DNA of 64,000 nucleotides from an uncultured archaeon (GTDB lineage: Archaea > Aenigmatarchaeota > Aenigmatarchaeia > Aenigmatarchaeales > Aenigmatarchaeaceae), in contig CAYGWD010000001.1 of NCBI GenBank assembly GCA_964353745.1, forward strand, positions 3,440-67,439. The letters run 5' to 3'. Of this stretch, positions 59,962 to 64,000 are shown in pieces; within the stretch, counting starts at the first letter, position 1, and every line of letters begins with the position of its first letter. The position numbers and the translations under genes are program-made. The notes under the pieces are model-generated. The model was not told where the DNA came from. It saw nothing but the letters and a program-made list of their open reading frames with translations, and did no database searches.

Positions 59962-60786
59962 ATGAATTACAAACTGATGGCGCTAATCCCTATAATTATT
60001 CTGATTATAAGTGCTATTTACCTGTTTTTCCTAATAGAGAACAATCAGATATTGTTGGATATAGACTTCAAGGGAGGAACACAAATATTCGCAGAGTCTG
60101 ACAAAGCAATAGACGCGAATGCATTAAAAGATGTGTTAAAGCAGTATGATGCTAACGTTAGGGTTGCAAGAAGTATAACAAACTATGCTATTTTTATTGA
60201 TTTTGACCCTAGCATAAAACCTGAAAGCGTTCTAAGCACTTTACAAAAAAATAATTATGATTTTAAAAGCTATTCCGTGCAAACAATAGGACCTGTTCTA
60301 GGCTCTAGCTTCTTTCAGCAGGCATTAATCGTATTGGCTTTTTCTTTCTTATTAATGGCTATTACAGTTTTCATAATGTTTAGAAACCCAATGCCAAGCA
60401 TTTTTATGATTTTAACAGTGCTTGCAGATTTAACAGAGACTGTAGTGCTTATGCAAATAATCGGGATAAAGCTTTCTATAGCAACTTTTGCAGCCTTACT
60501 ATTATTGATAGGTGCCGCGGTAGGAGATAATGTAATGTTCACAACAAGACTTTTGAAAAGCAACCCGAAGGATCATGATACGATAATTAAAAAGACTTTC
60601 AAAACCGGTATCACTATGTTTGGCGCTGTTCAGGTTGCTTTTGCATCCTTGCTCTTAATATCCGGTTCTGCCGTGATAACCCAGATAGCTGCCATCTCTA
60701 TAATTGGAGGAACCTTAGACCTTATGAATTCATGGGCATTAAATCTTGGTTTGCTGATGTTGCACATAAAGAGGAAGATTAAATGA
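59962..60786 (+). CDS. secF: protein translocase subunit SecF
   Basis: IDFKGGT, IGPVLG, AALLLLIG; six TM helices. Confidence 0.88.
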   Translation: MNYKLMALIPIIILIISAIYLFFLIENNQILLDIDFKGGTQIFAESDKAIDANALKDVLKQYDANVRVARSITNYAIFIDFDPSIKPESVLSTLQKNNYDFKSYSVQTIGPVLGSSFFQQALIVLAFSFLLMAITVFIMFRNPMPSIFMILTVLADLTETVVLMQIIGIKLSIATFAALLLLIGAAVGDNVMFTTRLLKSNPKDHDTIIKKTFKTGITMFGAVQVAFASLLLISGSAVITQIAAISIIGGTLDLMNSWALNLGLLMLHIKRKIK

Positions 60787-62699
60787 AACTTGATTTTTTA
60801 AAACATTTGTTAAGAGAATGGAAAGTTTCGCTAGTCTTGATATGCGTGATAGGCTCGCTCATATTAATAGCGCCTAATCCCTTTTCAAAGGGTGTTGTTG
60901 TCACATCAATAACCAGCACCTCTCCTCTTTTAGGAAAATTACAAGTTGGGGAGGCAATAACATGGGCGAATGAAAAAGATATAAATTCCCCTGAAGACCT
61001 TTTGGCGTTTGAAAATTTTACAGGGACCTTTAGATTCATGCACTCTGGAAAATTAGATTTGGCATATCTAGACGAATCTGGCTTGGGGATATCTGTTGTC
61101 AAAAAGCCTACTTCCAACATACAGTTCGGCATGGACCTGATCGGAGGAACAAGAGTCCTATTAAAGCCTAAGGGCGTTGTAAGCGACGCAGTTATTCAAC
61201 AGATCATAAGCATACTAGAGACAAGGATAAACGTTTTCGGTTTGAAAGAGGTAACGTTCCAACCAATAAAAGACTTCTCCGGTAACAGTTACATACAAGT
61301 AGAAATGGCTGGCGGTTCAAGGGAGGACATGGAAAATTTATTGGCAAAGGAAGGCAAGTTCGAAGGCAAAATAGAAAGGATAGTCAGTCTTAAAAACAAC
61401 ACTGGCTCCTTTTTACTAAATGGAAAAACATATTCCCTGAGGATTGATAATAATAACACCTACATTGGCAACATCTCATTAATCGGGAACCAAACAGTTA
61501 AAATTGATAATATAGATGTCCAGAATTACAACATGACCAATGATACTGCTGTTATAATGCTTACCGCATTCACGGGAAGCGACATTCAGTCTGTCTGCCT
61601 GCAAAACCAGCCTGGAATCTGCACAAACCAGATTATAAAAAGTGGCAACGGATGGGAATTTAATTTCCAGGTATTCATAACTCAAAGAGGTGCCGAAAGA
61701 TTCGCCAACCTGACAAAAGATATGAATGCCATTACAGATCCTAGCAGCGGAACAAAATATTTGGACGGCAAAATTTATCTTTTCTTGGATGAAAGTTTAG
61801 TAACATCTCTCTCAATAGCAGCCGACCTGAAAGGCAAAGCTTATACAACTCCTGCAATAACCGGCTTCAGGACAACAAGAGACGATGCCTTGAAAGAACA
61901 ATTAACACTAGAAGGTATTTTACAATCCGGTTCATTGCCTGTTAGCTTGGAAATAACAAGGATTGATCAGATATCACCCGCTTTAGGAGAAGAATTTATC
62001 AATGCAACTATACTTTCCGCTTTAGTCGCTGCCCTGGCAGTTTCTGTTATTCTTTTTATAAGATATAGAAGCTTTAAGATTTTGATACCGAACATGCTCT
62101 GGAGCTTTTTTGAAATAGTATTAACCCTAGGTGCTGCAACATTAATAAGATGGACTATCGATTTGTCCTCCATTGCTGGATTAATAGCAGCAATAGGCCA
62201 AGGAACAAACGATCAGGTTATGATTATCGATGAGGCAATAGAAGGCGGAACCGGAGAAGAGAATAAAATCTTCACGATAAAAGAAAGACTAAAAAGAGCG
62301 TTCTTTATTGTTGTTGGCTCTGCTGTTGTTATAATGATGTCTGTCGTGCCTATGATATTTATTGGCATAGGAGTTATGAAGGGATTTGCCATAACAACTT
62401 TGCTAGGAACTTTTATCGGAGCTATTTTAACGAGACCAGCATTTTCATTAGTAGCTCAGAAAGTATTGGAAGGCAGGGTTGAAAAGAAGCTAGAAAAGAA
62501 AATCGAAAGCGACGCAAGCAAAAAAATAGTTGAGCCTGAGAAAGTAAAAGAGGAGATAATAAAGAAGGAATGGAACAAATTGTTGGATATGGCATCGAAA
62601 GAACTGTACAACAGGCCCTTTAACGAATTAGCAGCTGAAGAAAAGGCGGAAGTTAAGAAAATATTATCAGAAACCGAAGAAAAAGAAACTAAGCATTAA
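60783..62699 (+). CDS. secD: protein translocase subunit SecD
   Basis: FGMDLIGGTRVLL, RINVFGL, SGSLPV, ISPALG, DLSSIAG, GFAITT. Confidence 0.9.
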   Translation: MKLDFLKHLLREWKVSLVLICVIGSLILIAPNPFSKGVVVTSITSTSPLLGKLQVGEAITWANEKDINSPEDLLAFENFTGTFRFMHSGKLDLAYLDESGLGISVVKKPTSNIQFGMDLIGGTRVLLKPKGVVSDAVIQQIISILETRINVFGLKEVTFQPIKDFSGNSYIQVEMAGGSREDMENLLAKEGKFEGKIERIVSLKNNTGSFLLNGKTYSLRIDNNNTYIGNISLIGNQTVKIDNIDVQNYNMTNDTAVIMLTAFTGSDIQSVCLQNQPGICTNQIIKSGNGWEFNFQVFITQRGAERFANLTKDMNAITDPSSGTKYLDGKIYLFLDESLVTSLSIAADLKGKAYTTPAITGFRTTRDDALKEQLTLEGILQSGSLPVSLEITRIDQISPALGEEFINATILSALVAALAVSVILFIRYRSFKILIPNMLWSFFEIVLTLGAATLIRWTIDLSSIAGLIAAIGQGTNDQVMIIDEAIEGGTGEENKIFTIKERLKRAFFIVVGSAVVIMMSVVPMIFIGIGVMKGFAITTLLGTFIGAILTRPAFSLVAQKVLEGRVEKKLEKKIESDASKKIVEPEKVKEEIIKKEWNKLLDMASKELYNRPFNELAAEEKAEVKKILSETEEKETKH

Positions 62700-62747
62700 A
62701 TAATGATAAAGGAAAAATTTAAATTCGTTTTTCTCTAATTATTTATT

Positions 62748-63020
62748 ATGAATAGCTTTCAATTGGAAAGCCTAGTAAAGGTTAAAACCATAGAACAAGT
62801 TAAGAAGCGCAAACCTGGCAAGCCACTTTACAGTCTAAGGAGTTCGGAATGTTACGCTAATTTTCCAGTGCCAACTGAAATTACTGGTATGATAAAGAAA
62901 ATAGAAAACGGAAAATACTTTGTTCAAGTTGGAAATTATGTGGATGGAAAATTTATGCTTTCTGGCAGAACATTAACCTTTACCGAAATTTATATGTCCA
63001 GGTTTGCTAGATTAATCTAA
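62748..63020 (+). CDS. hypothetical protein
   Basis: 90-aa ORF with TTTAAA upstream. Confidence 0.5.
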   Translation: MNSFQLESLVKVKTIEQVKKRKPGKPLYSLRSSECYANFPVPTEITGMIKKIENGKYFVQVGNYVDGKFMLSGRTLTFTEIYMSRFARLI

Positions 63021-63089
63021 TTTTTTACAGTTTGGAATAAATTTGTTAGCGTTAAATTTCCAGAGTTTATTTTAATGCACCTGTGAAGT

Positions 63090-64000
63090 TTATTTGCTCA
63101 AATCAACTGTACTTCCCATCGAACCTGAAGCAGAAAAATACAGCCTGCCTGAGCATTTTGGGCATTTACCGCTCAAGGTCGGCCTTCTGAAATCCCAACC
63201 ACAGTCAATACATGTAACTGACTCGAACTTCTTTAGAACGGTTTCATCAGGCGAAGCTTTCTTAGCGCCGTTCATTATGTCAAGGAGATTTGTCTGTTTG
63301 ACGCCTTCTATTAATTCAGACGAAGAGACGCCACAGACTTCAAAGATTCTTTCCAATGGCGGCAACAACTGGTTGTAAATATAATACTCAGGGTCTATCT
63401 GCAAATTGTTTTCTTTTACAAAATCAGGGTCTTCGGCCCGCTTTGAGAGCAATTGATTACCTTTTATTATGACATAGCCTAATCTCTCCCCTATCATAGA
63501 CCTAGTCTTGTCCCTTTTCATAATCTTCTTGGCAAGTTCAACATGAGGTTGAATGCCGTCATAAGATTCTAAAGATTTGGTAACTCCTTTTACAATAGTT
63601 AGTTTTTCCAAAGGTATTTCACTTTTAGCCAGCTTTTCTATGATTGTTCTGACATACCTTGAAGCTTTTTTCACGTTCTTTTCCTTCAAAATTATATTGA
63701 GAACTTCGAGAGTCGTTTCCGATGTCAAGTCGCACCAGTCCCTCCTAACAGTCTCTATACCTTTCATTTCCATTTTGTCCGACCACTTCTCTCCATCTTT
63801 TTCAAAGCACCAACCAGCATACCTCTTCTTGGCCTCAATCAAAAAAGTTTTGAAGACCTTTTCAAATTTCAAATCCAAACCATACATGCTATCAGAAATA
63901 AATTTCGAAATTTCCTTGCCGAGCTTTTCTGACTCGTCCTCATTCTTAACATCAGATTTTATAAATACGGAATCAGTGTCCGCATAAATAACTTTTACAG
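63090..64000 (-). CDS. polB: family B DNA polymerase, C-terminal part (runs off the window)
   Basis: Frame is open to the edge: VIYADTDSVF, KKRYAG, KGIETVRRDWC, YYIYNQLLPP. Confidence 0.95.
   Translation of the reverse strand, partial: VKVIYADTDSVFIKSDVKNEDESEKLGKEISKFISDSMYGLDLKFEKVFKTFLIEAKKRYAGWCFEKDGEKWSDKMEMKGIETVRRDWCDLTSETTLEVLNIILKEKNVKKASRYVRTIIEKLAKSEIPLEKLTIVKGVTKSLESYDGIQPHVELAKKIMKRDKTRSMIGERLGYVIIKGNQLLSKRAEDPDFVKENNLQIDPEYYIYNQLLPPLERIFEVCGVSSSELIEGVKQTNLLDIMNGAKKASPDETVLKKFESVTCIDCGWDFRRPTLSGKCPKCSGRLYFSASGSMGSTVDLSK

Overview
Archaeal chromosomal segment. The AT-rich sequence, TTTAAA TATA-like boxes about 25-35 nt before many starts, archaeal-type TyrRS/AglB/SecDF/PolB and PGF-pre-PGF protein suggest a DPANN lineage such as Aenigmatarchaeota (inference). 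Left part (1-16 kb): orphan genes mixed with housekeeping genes (serS, tyrS, pyrH, PRTase, MTAP, beta-CASP nuclease, rtcA), a free-standing LAGLIDADG protein, and two diverged copies of a ~65-nt element containing a tRNA-Leu-like 3' end. Middle (16-24 kb): surface module with a cohesin protein, a dockerin-bearing subtilase, Hsp20 and a surface protein carrying ~60 N-glycosylation sequons. Main feature (24-57 kb): a ~33-kb AglB-anchored glycosylation locus with a flippase, GT2/GT4/GT-C transferases, a UbiA/DPPR-synthase-like enzyme, a UDP-xylose pathway and methyltransferases. It also holds seven cobalamin-binding-domain radical SAM enzymes and one SPASM/twitch radical SAM. One of the seven is split by a LAGLIDADG intein just before its CX3CX2C motif. 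Right end: shortened MDH/LDH-like protein, oxidoreductases, secF-secD and the 3' part of polB. No complete tRNA, rRNA or CRISPR array was seen. All calls come from reading motifs by eye; no database searches were run.
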